From NCBI GenBank assembly GCA_945932615.1, contig CAMEQD010000006.1, positions 5,825 to 69,824 of the forward strand: a stretch of DNA of 64,000 bases. The letters are read 5' to 3'. Position 1 is the first letter of the stretch. Each line of letters begins with the position of its first letter. The position numbers were made by a program, and so were the translations under genes. The DNA is from an uncultured Prevotellaceae bacterium. GTDB taxonomy: Bacteria > Bacteroidota > Bacteroidia > Bacteroidales > Bacteroidaceae. Shown one piece after another: positions 63,536 through 64,000 of the stretch. The notes under the pieces are model-generated. The model did no database searches and had not been told where the DNA came from. It saw only the letters and a list, made by a program, of their open reading frames with translations.

Positions 63536-64000
63536 ATGAAAACAACAATCAGCATCATCGCCCTGCTCGCATCACTCGCCTCGTGCAGCCACAGTACCAG
63601 CAACGCCCACGAAGACTCGCCCACCGACACCATCGAAGCAGTCCCCGACACCCTACCCCAAGGAAAAGCCCTCAACGACATACGTTTCGGCGGCTGGAGT
63701 CGCAGCCAATGGTTAGACAACGATTATATCCGCACCGTACGCCGATACCTTGACGACTACACCGCCGGCAAGGAGACCAATCCCGACCTCGACCCCTACA
63801 GAGAGCAAGTCAAAAGCAAGTTTGTCATCTACGACATCAACCCCTACATAGTGGGAGGAGCCATTGTCCGCATCGTCTTCCTCGACCTGCCCGACAGAGT
63901 CTTCAGTTGCTGGGTATACAGCACCGTCAACGAAGAAGAAGAAACAGTCGAAAGCTATGAGTTCCGCTCAATCCACATCGAAGACGAACACACTGACTTC
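63536..64000 (+). CDS. Hypothetical lipoprotein (3'-truncated by window edge)
   Basis: Hand translation gives MKTTISIIALLASLASCSHSTSN... (lipobox LASC), open to the end of the window (155 codons). It is not in the ORF track. Confidence 0.55.
   Translation, partial: MKTTISIIALLASLASCSHSTSNAHEDSPTDTIEAVPDTLPQGKALNDIRFGGWSRSQWLDNDYIRTVRRYLDDYTAGKETNPDLDPYREQVKSKFVIYDINPYIVGGAIVRIVFLDLPDRVFSCWVYSTVNEEEETVESYEFRSIHIEDEHTDF

Noticed and set aside
1-64000. Scanned intergenic regions for tRNA, rRNA, tmRNA, RNase P, SRP RNA, transposase and integrase signatures
   Set aside because: I recognised none by eye. Only a proper covariance-model scan could exclude small structured RNAs.

Overview
This 64-kb window looks like chromosomal DNA from a Bacteroidota (Bacteroidales-type) genome. 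Three things support that: many TTTG-N20-TAnnTTTG promoters, a UpxY antiterminator, and a T9SS C-terminal sorting domain. I found no rRNA, tRNA, CRISPR array, transposase or integrase. The left ~6.6 kb is the start of a minus-strand capsule (CPS) locus (upxY ... wzx, Fe-S protein). An AT-richer block of small accessory genes sits inside it: ORF6N, a PIN toxin plus a small antitoxin missing from the ORF track, an unknown protein and a Bro-N/DinD-like protein. This block carries shared upstream modules and iteron-like repeats. The rest is mostly housekeeping. It includes a PD-(D/E)XK nuclease / SF1 helicase fusion, hsp20 (behind a textbook sigma-54 promoter) and carB (behind a terminator-like leader hairpin). 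It also includes a T9SS cargo + GH29 fucosidase operon, an acyl-AMP ligase/ACP/PlsC fusion next to FadL, GH109 and rlmN. A long plus-strand cluster follows (CDP-alcohol transferase, ispD-like, sigma-54 activator, lptE-like, secG). Further genes are engB, yidC, an S9 peptidase, an MFS transporter, trmD, a zeta-like ATPase pair, guaD-pyrD-pyrK, holA, nif3, aguA/aguB and a clpB lacking its N-domain. The feature I find most striking is not a gene. It is a family of long intergenic palindromic elements with a G/T-rich left arm (GAGGTT units), a conserved AT-rich core (CCATTAAAC) and an A/C-rich right arm (AACCTC units), present in at least nine intergenic regions. Their termini supply the TGA stop codon of eight genes, and their right arms form the G-free leaders of the downstream genes. 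Other candidates are an orphan promoter-plus-terminator unit (possible ~80-nt sRNA), an exactly duplicated 33-bp promoter before trmD, and an ~820-bp non-coding stretch. Extreme C/A-ending codon usage produces many long shadow ORFs, which I rejected. All functional calls come from reading the translations by eye; no searches were run.
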